A stretch of DNA of 63,384 nucleotides, filler included, from Atractiella rhizophila (GCA_021432655.1; 5 parts of 4 records of this genome joined end to end with filler, not necessarily neighbours in it), one strand, 5' to 3'. Shown: positions 24,973-38,101, counted from the whole stretch's first letter. Notes: a model not told the origin generated them from the letters alone. Numbers and translations: made by a program.

Positions 24973-25273
24973 CTGGTTATCCGTTAGCAAGAGATGAGAA
25001 GCCAATTATTTTCTTTCGAAGGAGCAGGAACCGGAAATTTTATTCAACATTCACATTCGGGAGATGCGGAACTTAAATGCAGGAAGCACGTGAGCACTGA
25101 CACCTATCAGAAAGAAGAGAGCAGTCTGTTCATTTGACAGAATGAATTATTTATGCCTATAAAATACATTATATCCATGTGTAAAGATGCAACTGCAGAG
25201 CAAATGAAATATGCGGCGAGACCGAACCAAGCGAGTAAAATGATGACGGAATGGAGTGGACTGACAGAAACGG

Positions 25274-28200
25274 TTATGAGAAAAAATATTCACTTTTGAG
25301 GACCTCTTTGAGATCAAAAGGACCTCTGTGCGGAAGAGGAGGGAAGAGAAGCTGGATATCCTTATCGTTGCTCTCCTCCGACAATAGCGCCTGTTTCCAT
25401 TCCTGTTGCGCCATCTTGGGTGCCTTCTTCTCAGGGGCAGAAGGGTCATCCGAGGCGGGTGTGAGTACCGGTCCAGGCTGCTTCTTCTGCTTCCCTTCTT
25501 CATCCTTCTTTTTCGGTGTCAAAAATTTGTGCTCCCCAGCCATTGAACGGATCTGCGAGAAAGAAATGAGTGCCCTGTTGAACGTGAGAGACAAGAGGAC
25601 ATACGTCGTCGCAAAAGTTCTCCAGAATCGGGAGTGAATGCAGCTCCACAAATGCTTCCCTCAAATGTTTAGCCATCTGTGGGATGTCAGCCGCATGTGT
25701 CCAGAATGAATCGTGGACCATCGCAAATGTCAAGCTCGACTCTTCCATTTTCAGAGCCGTCATCATCATATGGCTCGCGTCGAGAGAATGAATGAAATTC
25801 GGAGCGAGAGCAGCGCATTGTGGCGCGGGGTCAACTGGCATACTTTGGAAAGAATCGGCAAGGGCGACCTTCTGGATTACCGTCGAGTACTACAAATCGA
25901 ATGGGTGAGTGGATGTCGCAGCGCACCAGAACGAGATCGACAGAGACTTACAGACTCTTCCACGTCCTTCCTATAGGGCTGGATAACCCCGACCCCGATC
26001 GGGGAGTACCATTTCATCGAAGTCATGCCAATACCGTCCCTTGCCTTCTGTAAGTTGACACTTTTGGACTTGTTTTCTCTTTGGGTTAAAGCGTTCTGCT
26101 GCTGGGTGTGTAGATTTCTGGAGTTCACAACCAGATATGCAAGATGAAGCAGCCATTGTTGAATCCTTGAAGCTCCTTTGAACAAGTCACCTATGGACAG
26201 CAAGACCTTTCTACCCACAACTTGTTCCGCCCTCGTGGCCACCACTTTTTCACCCGTCAGTAGATAGGTCTCCATTCCGCTTTTACACCCGCCTTACCCT
26301 CTTCCGCTTCCTCCTTTACTTAGACCTTCTTCCTCGGTCACTCCTATGGGTCGAGCGACGACTCGTCCTCTTGTGGAAGCTACCGTAGGAGTGCTTTCTA
26401 CTGAACGTTCTAGGCTGGTCTGAGTATGACGCTGGCTTGCTAGACCTCTAATACTTCTTCACCTACCGCCTCTATCTCCCGTCCAACCTAAGTGTCCTTG
26501 GCTGCCTCTTCCTACTACGCAAGAGCTTCTTCATATTCCCCAACACCCACCGAGGACTCAAGCCGCTTGAACACGGTGAGCTCTAAGTGGTCGCTAAGAA
26601 CCAACGTAAGACCGCACTTCGGACATTGAAGTGCTGGTACCCAGTTGTATCCTACCGCATATTTTACCGACCCTCTCGAACCAGTACCACCGTCTACGAA
26701 TGACCAGGCAACTAGAAGTAAGAAAACTTGGTCGGTCCGACTATGCGCAATATCTTGTACCACGCTTACTGATGCGAAACGTCTAACTTTTTTACAGACG
26801 GCGATAGTACCATTTTCCGCAAAACGTCAAGCTTTTGATGACAGCTGTTGAGCTAGGGAGAATGTGGGGCTAGGAGCTGAAGAAGTCCGAGCTGAGCTCA
26901 GTTAAAAACTAGTACAAGAGCGGGAGAGGCGGCGACTCCGAGGAAAGCAGCTGCACCTGCATCCCCTCAGCGAGGAGCTCCAGTCGAACGAGCGGTTTCT
27001 CAAACTGGTGGAACCGTTGTAGCTCGGCCTCTGCCATCATCTTCGAAACAACAGGTCGCTCTCCAAAAGGTTCGGCCTTCTACAGCGGTTGAAGTGGTCC
27101 GAGAACCTCTCAACCTCTTTCCTTTTGCCACTACTTGAATTCGTCGCACTGCATTTCGCGAACCTATCCCTCCGAATACAGCTCACCCTCAACCTCCTTT
27201 TGTTCTTTCTTGCCGACGGTCGAGAATTTGTCTACTTGTTACTTCATGCCAAGGGCGAAAAAGGACCCTTTTCAAAACTATCCAGGTGTCAGACCACTAC
27301 GCCGTAGACAAGTCAGGTACGTTCGCAACGTCCTCTCAGAGCCAAGCGAGGAATACGGACTAGCATGCGACCTACGCATGCGCGCCGTTAACTCCGAGCT
27401 CTTCCTAAGGCTTGATCAACGTCTCTTCAAGCGCTTTCGTCTGCCCCTCTTCTACCGTTTGTGACGTCCGTCCGTCTGGCGGAGCAAGTTTCCGGCTTTG
27501 TAACTTTTCCGTTACTTCCAGACCTGTGTTCGCTAACGCCTGGTCAACTTTCTTCTGTAATTTAGCGATGCTGGAGCCGGTCTATAACGGCCTCTTCTAG
27601 GGTTAGAGGATAGGGTACTACGGTGACGACGGGCATAATAGAGGTTTAACGCAGGTGTTGTTTAACGGAAAGAGTGCCAGCATCTTCGAGAGGCTTACTG
27701 TCCTGGCCGACCTCTGCTACCACAGTTCAAACGAGAAGACTACCAGTTGTAGTCGCTCCGATAACTCGACCTCAAGTTCCGTTTCTAACAACCGCCTACC
27801 TTCCCCTTACGCCGACACCGCTCTAAGTAGTTAGCATTGTTCTAACTAGCGACCTTATTCGGGGATTCATTGCTCGTCCAAGTTCGGCTCATGTTACAGC
27901 TTTGTCGGGTTGGGTCAGCTATGCAACGGTTTAGGCGAGAGAGGGCAAACAACTTACGGTGACGCTGGCCTGCGACCTTAGGGTTCTGACCTGCAACCAG
28001 GGCCTTTCTCTTACCCGTTTTACGTAACAAGGTTCATAGGAGGCTTTGGTTCGTTCTAGACCTTTAGCAAACCTGGTGCCTCGACTTCACGTCATAACCA
28101 CGGTACTACTAGCCAATAGAGAACTTTATACGCTTCGTAGAACACTGCCGTCTTCACCTACCCCTCTGTTACATTCACAGAGAGTATTATAGTGACTCTC

Positions 28201-31155
28201 AAGCTACTGTTAACAAAAGGTCGCTCCTTCTTGTAGGTCGAAAGGTCGTCTCGAAGGGAATACAGCGTCCGTGCTTCCAGCCACAGTAGTTTGACGTGGC
28301 ACGGTAGCAGCTCGACAAGTGCTTCTTGAGCCAACGGAGGTGGGACGTCGTAGCTGTAGAAGGTTACGAAACGTGAGGTGCTGGGACCTGCTCGAAGCTG
28401 CTCCCGCGGATGGAGTGTTGATCGTGGGTCGGTCACGCGTGGTCATGAGTGCTTGTTTCCTTCAGACAGTTCCTCCTGTAGTTCCTACCTGCAAAGCTGG
28501 CTCGAAAAGCTCGAAATCTAATAGAGCCTTCACAAGGTACCCAGCAGTTATTCTTCCACGAACGGCAGTATTGCGTTCAAACCTTGTGACCTCTGGTCAA
28601 AAATAGGTAAGGGTGGCGGTTCGGTCTTCAGCTGTAGGGACTACGCGGCTTCTGACTATAAAATGGTCTTCCAGTCCTCGTCCTAAGCTTCCTTTAGCTC
28701 TACGTCCTTGTAGCGTAAACCCATTTCTTCGTCTTTTTTCAGTAAAGTCGCGCAGCACCACGAGTATCGCTCTCTACGTTATAGTCAATGTTCGACTGCT
28801 AGCGGGTACGGCATTCTGGCAGTATAGCTAACAGCGTACTGATTTGATTACTTTGAGGACCAAAGTCAAGGTCTTGCTTCAGTACATGAAAGGTGTGTTG
28901 TAGCTGAAGGCACCTGCTCGCATAGGCCATGGGGGGTTGGAGAGTGTGTAACCTCTACTAGAGAGCGCCTCGGAAGAATTTAAACGTCTTCCCTTTGGAG
29001 ACCCCTTCCTTCCCGACGCGACCGAGTTTCACGTGGAAAGGTTATGGATGCCTTTCTCATTCGACAGCAAACTGCTGGCTCTCGTTAAGCGTTACCTAGT
29101 GAACCTACTATAAAAGTTCAGTCGACTGCGTGGAGAACTCCAGACAAAGACAAAGTATGAGGCTGAACAGTGGAATCGAATAATTCAGTTGCTTATCGTG
29201 CTAACCACCGTCTTCCGTCTGCTGGGAACCGTTACGGAGCGTTGAACAAAGCTTGAATGACCGCGAGATGCCATGTTTTTAGGCTATCTGAAGCAGAGAG
29301 TGGAGGGACACGTGGTCCTACCGTGGACATTGCCAGAAGTCGTGATACGGCGAGAACCTCCTCTGCAGCGTCCCCGACGTGTACAGTTAGAGAGGTTGTT
29401 GGGTCGTCCTTTCGGGCGTCTGCATATAAGACCGCATCGGCTAGACCAGTTGGTCTTCTATCTGGTCGTGACATTTAGACCTGATGGGCTCCGAGAACAA
29501 AACTTTCCAGTGCAGTGATCCTTTCAATAGTTTGTTTGACACTTAAAACGAGGCGAAGGACGAACATGAGCCAAGACTGTCGAACTTTCCACTACTGATG
29601 GCAGATACCGCAATGGAAAAAACCTCGCTTTGTTGTCTAGCTCTTCGTCAATTTCCTATAAGGTCTTTAAGGCCGGCTCTTTCAGTCGCGTACGCGCGAG
29701 ATGGACTCAGCTGTTCACGCAAAAGCAAAATAAACGTCGCTAGTGTGACTGAAGNNNNNNNNNNNNNNNNNNNNNNNNNNNNNNNNNNNNNNNNNNNNNN
29801 NNNNNNNNNNNNNNNNNNNNNNNNNNNNNNNNNNNNNNNNNNNNNNNNNNNNNNNNNNNNNNNNNNNNNNNNNNNNNNNNNNNNNNNNNNNNNNNNNNNN
29901 NNNGCATTGATGACCGCACTTAGCTCACTGACAGTGACCGTCGGTAGTTGAGCCCTGAGATCGCTCGTCCAGATCGAATGCAGACTCATCCTCCCCTCTT
30001 CTTCCGCTCCTTTCAATCCGTAAAACTCTTCGACCGTCATTCCACCACCGGCACGGATATGAGAGTTGTATGACTCGAAGATCTTGTTCCATATCAAGAG
30101 GGCAGAGAACTTGTTGAAACGAAGGTTTTGATTCGGCCCACGGGAGGACAAGAGGAGGGAGACGTATTCCTCTCTATTCAAGATCTCGGCAATGGCCTCT
30201 CCCCTCATCGTCTGAGTATTCGAGAAACCTTCCTTCACCGCCTTCAACGCCGAGTCCTTCTGCGCCAATAGCACCTGCAACACCCTCGGTTTGGCGGCCC
30301 GCAACATCCCCTGAGTCGCGCTCGTGCTCTCCTCACTCCCCTCCGTCGTCCTCCACCACTCCGCCCACTGCCTTTCCACTTCGGCACTCTCCATCTCCAC
30401 GAATCCCTTGCCCCTCCGCGCACCATTTCTCAAACGCTTCATCGTCTTCTCCACATCCGCTTGATACGCTTCAGCCGCTTCCAGATCGATGCCCCTCTCC
30501 TCCGCAATCTCATCCACGACCTCCTGACAACCTGACTCGCCCCTAGATTCTTTATAGAAGTTCCTATAAAACCTCGCGCTCTGATTGCTCACATCGTCCG
30601 TCTTCTCCAACGTCTTTGCTCCCCACCACAACCGATGTATGGCGTTATAAGTCTGCAGAGCGGTCTTGAGCGATTCTACATTTTGCGAATTCTCTCCTTC
30701 CGTGGTCCAGTTGACGGTCCGAGAATAGAACGGTGGGTTTTTGGTGAAATCCACTCCTTCCCTCAATGGTGGCGCGGCATGGGAAAGGTCCAGGTCTTCC
30801 TTCTCGATCTCGAGGCTGTGAAGGCCTTCAAGGTCCGGTACAGTCTCTCGCTGTTTAGGGGGGAAAATGTCACCTTCGAGGGAAGCGACGATGGTAGCCA
30901 TAGCGGAGTGGTGCCAGCCAAGGGGATGATAGCGGTGTTGAAAGAGCAAGGCAGCCTCGTGATACGGGAGCGGTTTCGTCGTGGGCGAGATGGGGTTATA
31001 CCCCGTGGGCAACTTGAACGGCGGAGGGACGTATTTCGCCTTCGGACGCTCCGTCGCCAGACTCATATCCACCTCCACCTCCGAATCCACAGCCCTCGAC
31101 TCGAACGGCGCCTCTTCTTCCGCCGCGAGGTTCGCTTCCGTCTCAGTTTGCTCCA
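25274..31155 (-). CDS. RPO41: Mitochondrial T7-like single-subunit RNA polymerase; central part stored reversed (about 26213-29754), 5' end lost at a linker
   Basis: Normal minus strand gives SIGDLFKGASRIQQWL, APNFIHSLDASHMMMTA, VHDSFWTH, SEYFFS*; complement of the reversed block gives PMLCTPRPW, YFPHNIDFRGRAYP, HQDGTCNGLQHYAALGGD, TRKVIKQT. Assigning 29904-31155 to this gene is inferred. Confidence 0.92.
26213..29754. other. Reversed-not-complemented block 1 (assembly artifact)
   Basis: Complement read left to right encodes RNAP motifs with GT-AG introns; ends at an N gap; left junction uncertain by a few nt. Confidence 0.95.
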
Positions 31156-31255
31156 NNNNNNNNNNNNNNNNNNNNNNNNNNNNNNNNNNNNNNNNNNNNT
31201 TAATTAATTAANNNNNNNNNNNNNNNNNNNNNNNNNNNNNNNNNNNNNNNNNNNN
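31156..31255. other. Artificial contig linker N44-TTAATTAATTAA-N44
   Basis: Same 100-nt structure at 50004-50103, 56344-56443 and 61778-61877. Confidence 0.97.
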
Positions 31256-31386
31256 AACGCGGATCGTTGGCGCTTAAAACACCGTCAGAAATGGTATCAG
31301 GTGATTGACTGTAAGGGATTTCAGGTGTGCCGGGCTGAGGAGAGGAGTTAGTAACTTATTAAAAACTTTAGAGAAGACGGAGAGTT

Positions 31387-34300
31387 TCATACCGGAGAAA
31401 AGGAGATTTCTTCCACTCCACTTGTCGGTCCGGCGTCATCGTCAAACGGATTTCGATTGTCGTCAATCTCCACTCGCAGAGGTTCTGGAACATGCCCCGA
31501 TTCCAGGGGAGCATCTACCATCCTGGCATAGGGATTGTTGGAGCTTAATGGACGTTGGACGGGGGGTCGTGGCTCATCGGGACTGAGGACTAGCTGCCTA
31601 TTTGTGCCTTCCCCGTCATCTACCATTATCTTCGTCATATTCTTCCGCTGCTCCTGCTCCATTGCCGCCTCCCTATCTGGAGTGTCGAGCGAGTGAATGG
31701 CTAATGGTACTTGCTTTACCTCCCCATCAGCTTCCACCATCTTCCACTTGTACTTGCGATCTTCCATGTCATTCTCCTTCCGCGCACCTTCGTATTGAGG
31801 ATATTGCTTCTCGGGAATTTGGAAGTGTCCGTCTAGAACTGCTGTTGGTGGGATACTTCCCGCTAATCTGCCCGCTAGATCGGCAGAAGGGAGGCGGGTC
31901 GGGGAAGGAGGCTCCATTTCCAACTCTTCGTTCTCCGCAGCAGATTCAGGAACAGCTTCTGTCGATATTCTGGTGCCGACTGGGGGGTAGAGAGCGCCTC
32001 GAATATTGAAAAAGATAGACGATCCGGGGTAAAGCTGATACAGATTAACGGGGTACCGAACATGAACATTTGCAACTTGCATGTATCGCACATCAGGCAC
32101 TTTGATGATCGGTCCGGTGAAGGGGTACAGCGAAGGTCGCACAGGCGGATACGTCAGGTAGAGATTGAGAGGATACCGTTCGAAAAACTGCTTTTGTTTC
32201 ATGTCGAAAGGTAAGTTGATTACTACTCCACTGGGGTAAAGCTTGAAGTTGGGGTATCCAGCAGGATAAAGGTTGTAGAGATTCCTTGGGTAAGGAAGTT
32301 TCTCCTTGACAGGTTTTGCCGGGGGAACGGGTACAACAAGTGGTCCCCGAACGTTGAAGAGCGTTGGGAATGGAGCGGGATAGATAGAATACAAATTAAG
32401 AGGGTAACGAACATCGGCCGCATGGACTTTGGTGTAGGAGATGTCGGGTATTTGGACTAATGGGCCGCGAATGAGGAACAATCGAGGAAAATGGGGTTCA
32501 TAAATTTGGTACAAGTTGAGTGGGTACCGTTTTGGAGGTGCGGGCGGTCCCTTTGGTTGGCAATAGAGGGGCCCTCGAACGAAGTAGAGTTTTGGAGAAG
32601 ATCCCACGTATAGCTGATACAGATCCAACGGATACCTTGTCCCAGAATTGATGACATTCATGTACCGTACATCCGGCACCTTAATGATTGGTCCAGTGAA
32701 CCGATACTCAAGTTCACGCTCGGGCCAGTGCCTTTACTTCCTCAACTTTCCTTCTCCTAAAATAGTACGGCTTCCTTAACTTCCCGTCACTCGAGGGAGG
32801 AGAGCAGCAAAGACGTTTGCCAGGCCGCTTGCCTGTTTACGTGCATTTACCCAGCAGCAGCAGGCGAGAGGGAGGAGGCAGCTCCTTGCTTGGTCGTTTC
32901 CTTGAACGATGAGGAGGCCAGGGATAAGGACGAGGACGCGGCTGCGGACGAGGACAAGGTTGTTGGCCGGAGTGTTAAGGTTGTCTTCATAAACAAGTTC
33001 GAGGTTGTGGACAGCAGCTCGGCTTTGGCAGCGAGGGTCGTCAACGGGGCTGTCGAGGGGGTGGTGCCTTCTCTCTGTTGTTCTGTGGGAGAGAGGACTG
33101 AGTGTCTGCGTTCGAAGAGGAGTTTGGGAAGTCGCTAGCCCGAGAGAGAGTGCGAGCCCGAGGGAAAGAGCGAGACCGAGGGAGAGGGCGAGCGTGGTTC
33201 CGGCAAGGTCGTAGAGCATGTTTAGGTGTGGTAGCTTGCAGCGTCAAGTTGGGGGTCGAGTGTGTGAAGGACAGTGGGGAGAACGAGTCTGAGTTAGGGT
33301 CGGCGTCCACCCACTCTCAGTGGGCTAATGCAGCCACTAGCTATAGAGTTTTCACGTAGGGCGAAGGAAACACCCGTCAGTACGGGTGCTGGTGGTAAGG
33401 CTTCGTAGCTGGTCGTGTCGGCGGCTCCCACCTGTAGTCACCGACCACCAATAATATGGCGGCTACGTAAACGGCGTGCTAGGTGGACGGGTACCTCAAG
33501 TGTCAGACCCTATACCGGGGCGCCGCTTCAAACCTCCTCCTCATAACGAGTCCGACCTCTCCTGACAGGCACAAGGAGGGAGAAATACACCTCCTCTTTC
33601 GATTGCGCTTGTTAAAATGCAATATCTACTTGGTTGTCGATTGCTCATAGCGAGCGCGAAAGAGGGAAGGTAGTTAGTACCCACAGCGCGAGATGGAATC
33701 GGAAGGTGGGGTTACGGTTACATAGGTTACTACCCTTACCCGCCGCCCTACCCGCCCTACCTACCGTACTTGTACCTCAAGCCTAACTTTGGAGCCGACT
33801 CACTCCTCTAAACCAGGCGTCAAACCCGACCGGAGACCCTGCCTCTTCGTCTCCCTTGTTCAGGATGGTTCCGAGGACCACGGCGTTGACGCTACCCTCC
33901 TTACCCGTACGTGTACTACTTGTACGTCCGCTACGTTCCCTACCCTCCTTACCCTTACTACCCTTACCCTACCCCGCCTACCGCCTAAGCATTCAAGAAA
34001 AGAAATCAAGTTTTCCGTACTCAACTGTTATAAGACACATGTTGTCGCTAGCATCGTGCGGAGCTTAAACTGTATCTGTGAGCCTTTCGAGCGACCATGC
34101 TCGTCACCGAGCGGTTGCGTCCAGGAGTAGTCAGTTAAGGGGTAGTGGGAGTTGTTCGAATGGGAGTCGTGGGAGTTATGGCTCGGAGAGCTAGGTGAAG
34201 AAGGTAGATAGCGAGCAGGTACCTGTACTCTCCTCGCTTGCACGTACCACAGTACCCACTACCGCTCTACGACTTGTTGGTGCTAAGGGGAAGGTTCGCT

Positions 34301-35839
34301 GTGCTACCCGAGCACGGATAGCCGCGACCTCCTCCTCACTCCTTCTACATAGAATGTCCCCTTCTGCCGAGCGGCCTAGATTTTCCTCGCCTTCGGTCTT
34401 CTTCGAGAGCGAGGAACGTCGCCCGTCCCGGCGAATAGAATGTGCCAGCCTGTCACCTACCCCCTCTGCTCCAGTAAGTTTTTTAGGAAGGGAAGTCCTC
34501 CAATGTCTCGGGCTGAGGCCTAAACAACTATGGCGACCATGGTGGTGACGCTACCTACCTTACTGTTACGCGCTGCACCTACCCTTCTTCTAAGGTTAAA
34601 GGTTTCCACACCTGGCCGGGGCAGCGTCCAGGATTACCACTTCTCGACCAGCTACTTGAGGAGCTGAGGACCGGAGGGTGAGGACTAAGGGGCCTGGCAG
34701 AAGGTAGAGGTCTAGAACGCCTTTCTAACTACCCTCGAGAGAGATGGGGGCGGAACGACTTATACTTACCCTGCAAGCCTTCCGACGTGTACCTGTACCA
34801 CCCACTTCCTTCCTCCTCTCTTGGACTTGAGCTCTGGGGGTAGCTCTGATCCTCCTTTATGAATCGAACCCTCGCGTCCGGTTACGTAGAACAACCCCAA
34901 CTGGCCCTTTGTCTCTCGTCCTACTCCGTCAACTTCCTATAGTCACTTGGCTGCGGCTGAGGTTTCCTCTTTCTTCTCAAGGTTCTCCAAGTCTTCTCTG
35001 TCGACTACTTTAACCCTTACCACCTCCTCCCTCTCCTTGTTAACCATGTCCCTCTTGTAGTCGTACTGTCCTCCTGCTCGCGACGGCTTATAGGATCCTT
35101 AGAGATACTCGAGATGAACCGAGTCATAGGGTCAAAGTTGGAGATAGGCTTTCCGTAGCAGTAATTAGATGGGAAGCTGTACTTTGTCTTCGTCAAGAAG
35201 GTTGCTATAGGGGAGTTGGAGATGGACTGGATGGGTGGTCATGCTCGTAGAAACATAGGCAAATGCCCTGGGTAGTAGTTCCGTGGTCTACACGCTATGT
35301 ACTTTCACTAGTTGAGTCTCTGAGCGATAGGAGAACTAGAGATAGTCGAAATAGAACCCCCACGAGGTTTCGAGATGATACAAGCTCCTGGTGAAATGGC
35401 GGTTGGAGTTCCTGGCGGCGGAGGGGGTTTTGCCATGGGCGAATTGGACATGGTTTAGATATGCGGAGTCAAGGGAGCTGAAAAGGAGTAAGCGCCAGGG
35501 GAACAATTTTAGGGGCTGCAACGGATGTACTTCCACGTACGAAGACTGTAGGCTATGGGAGATTTGGAGATAAGGTAGATAGGACGAGGAAAGGGGTGGG
35601 AGAAGTTGCAAGCACCTGGAGCATAACATGGGCAAGGCGGACGTGGTGGTCACTTCCTAGCGGAAGGAATAGGGTCCTTAAACCTGTTGGACATGGGAAG
35701 TCCGATGGGATTAAAGTTCGAGATGGGCTTTGGAGCGCTCTAGCTGAACGGAAAACTGTAGTTTGTCTTCGTTAAGAAACTTGCTATGGGAGAGTTAGAG
35801 ATAAACTGCATGGGTGGTCAAGCTGGCAGCGACATAGGG
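31387..35839 (-). CDS. Large uncharacterised protein with conserved-looking N-terminal blocks and C-terminal Tyr/Pro-rich repeats; 32701-35839 stored reversed; further upstream exons possibly at 36286-36620
   Basis: Complement of 32701-35839 gives WLVVIIPPMHLPHDPP...QQLTSIARAFSLPS, PRLSEEIWSAVW, IVARLEFDIDTRKARWYEQWL and repeats ending RPSLYP, which joins FTGPIIKVPD at 32700 on the minus strand. Confidence 0.85.
32701..35839. other. Reversed-not-complemented block 2 (assembly artifact)
   Basis: Seamless in-frame join CTG TAT CCC | TTC ACT GGA after re-reversal; ends at an N gap. Confidence 0.97.
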
Positions 35840-36799
35840 NNNNNNNNNNNNNNNNNNNNNNNNNNNNNNNNNNNNNNNNNNNNNNNNNNNNNNNNNNNNN
35901 NNNNNNNNNNNNNNNNNNNNNNNNNNNNNNNNNNNNNNNNNNNNNNNNNNNNNNNNNNNNNNNNNNNNNNNNNNNNNNNNNNNNNNNNNNNNNNNNNNNN
36001 NNNNNNNNNNNNNNNNNNNNNNNNNNNNNNNNNNNNNNNNNNNNNNNNNNNNNNNNNNNNNNNNNNNNNNNNNNNNNNNNNNNNNNNNNNNNNNNNNNNN
36101 NNNNNNNNNNNNNNNNNNNNNNNNNNNNNNNNNNNNNNNNNNNNNNNNNNNNNNNNNNNNNNNNNNNNNNNNNNNNNNNNNNNNNNNNNNNNNNNNNNNN
36201 NNNNNNNNNNNNNNNNNNNNNNNNNNNNNNNNNNNNNNNNNNNNNNNNNNNNNNNNNNNNNNNNNNNNNNNNNNNNNNNNNNNNNGACGACTCGTGGAGC
36301 CTCCAGCTTGACCTTGCACGTTCAAAAGAGGGGCGTACGGTATAAAATAAAGTAATGCCTCGGTGGCACTGCACTGCAATGCTGAGCTTTTGTCCCCGTA
36401 GTTAACTACCACACAGCACACTTGAGGGCGTCGTGGAAAACTCCTCGGTCGCCTGTTTCACCTTATCTCAGCCTTCAGGGCCGCTTCAATGTCGTCCGAG
36501 AGGAGCTGTTGGCTATTTTGCTGCTGGAGGTGGTCGAGGTATCTATGTTGATGGTCACTAAAGTTAATCGAACAACACGGCTCTCAATTCTTGGCAAAAA
36601 TTGCTTCATGCGCATGTTCGCTCCGATAGGCGACAGCAGGGGAATAGATGGTGGACGCAACAGCGTTCAGAATGAGAGATAGATGGATACTGTCCAAAAG
36701 AAACTACGTATGGAGTCTACAGGAGAAGGAACAGGGTGGAAATACAGGAATTTGAGAAACGAATTCTCTGTGATGAAGTTGCTCGATAGAACGCGACAT

Positions 36800-37817
36800 T
36801 TAGAAATCGATATCATCTGTTCCCACGGGAATCTCGACTTTCTCTCCAGGCTTGAAAGCCGGAAGACCTGTCCATTGCAGACCATTAATTTCTTCATTGT
36901 TCAGCTGACGATGAAAAGGCATACCAAGGTAGGGACAACCACTGCACCTGAACGCGTCTCCCAAGTAGCAATTGCCACAGCTACTCGTCACGCCGCCACT
37001 CCTCAACTGCTCCACCTTCTTCTCATTCAAATCATCTTCCTCAAGTTCGATCTCCAGCTCCCTCAAGCCGCACGTACAATTCTTGCAAGCCTTCTTCCGC
37101 CGTCGTGGCTCGCAGGCTTCTTCCTTTGCTGGACGAGCGAGGTCGGATGATGTGAGCAGCGACGATTCGTCAATCAATCCATCTCCGTTTCCGTTCGTAG
37201 AAGGCGTGGTGGTGAAGGACCACAGGGCGCTCTTCTTCGCGGTTCCATTGCCGTTTGTTTTTGCGGTGCGTGATCGGAGCTTGAGAGGGACAGCAGAGGT
37301 GCTCGTTGGTGCAGTGGAGAGTAAAGTAGAGTGTATCTTTCATCGAGGTTTCCTTTAATATCGAACCTTTGCTGAAGGAACAGTACGCACGATCGTCTCT
37401 CCGTTGTTGCCACTCTTGAATTCAGTGGTCCATCCTTCTTTGAGCAGATTCTTCAACTCCTCTCCTTCTCCTGCGACCGTCCACTCCACCTTCGCTCCTT
37501 TCTTGGAAGCTGCCTGAACCCTACTAACCAAAACGTCCCAAGCCTGCGACACCTCCCCAGGGTTCAAAAAGAGCTTGATCTCCTCGTAATGCTCTTGTGG
37601 CAACCAGGTAATGCCAGGAGTGATGATTCGATCGTACATAAAATGATCGGGCAAATCATTGGGAGGGTAAGAGGACAGATGAGCTGTATATGCCGGAAGA
37701 GTTAGAGAACCAACGAGGAGAGTCGATTTCTTCGAGGAAGATCCATTTAAGGGAACTGGAATGCCCATTTGTCCCGTTTGTTGCGGGGGGAGCAAAGTCG
37801 TCAGCTGGCAACAACAT
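36800..37817 (-). CDS. DRE2: Fe-S cluster assembly protein Dre2/anamorsin
   Basis: [11 protein letters not shown] and [31 protein letters not shown]; start inferred across a probable 1-bp indel near 37747. Confidence 0.93.
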
Positions 37818-38101
37818 GATACTGTCTCTTGGACTGGAGCAATGAGAGCTGATATTGATGGGCGTAATAAAGCTGACTGGTCGTTTTTCTTTCTTTTGCA
37901 AGCGATCTGATAAGTCATCCCGAGCAATCGGATCACGACACACCGTGCCCGCCAAATCCCGCTCCGGCCACTTCCGGCCGATAATCTCCCCACCGAAGTT
38001 TTCTAGTTCGTTTTAGTCTGATTCACTAAGCTCACGACATCGAGCCTTCCGCATCCTGAGCAAGCAAAAATTTTCCAGCACAGATCTAAGCAAGTCATCC
38101 C

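Noticed and set aside
25274..26210. T7-like polymerase as a phage or linear-plasmid insertion
   Set aside because: It has spliceosomal introns, a YFFS C-terminus and a housekeeping context, as expected for nuclear-encoded RPO41
26515..29518. Short six-frame ORFs in this interval as novel orphan genes
   Set aside because: They fall in reversed block 1; the real information is RPO41 in the complement-only reading
32776..35653. ORFs such as LALSLGLALSLGL or RESASPRERARPRE as repeat proteins
   Set aside because: Mirror-image shadows of the SGSLSR repeat and other parts of the repeat-protein gene
36286..36560. Possible reversed sequence after the gap
   Set aside because: Minus strand reads as plausible spliced exons (YLDHLQQQNSQQLLSDDIEAALKAEI), so orientation looks normal
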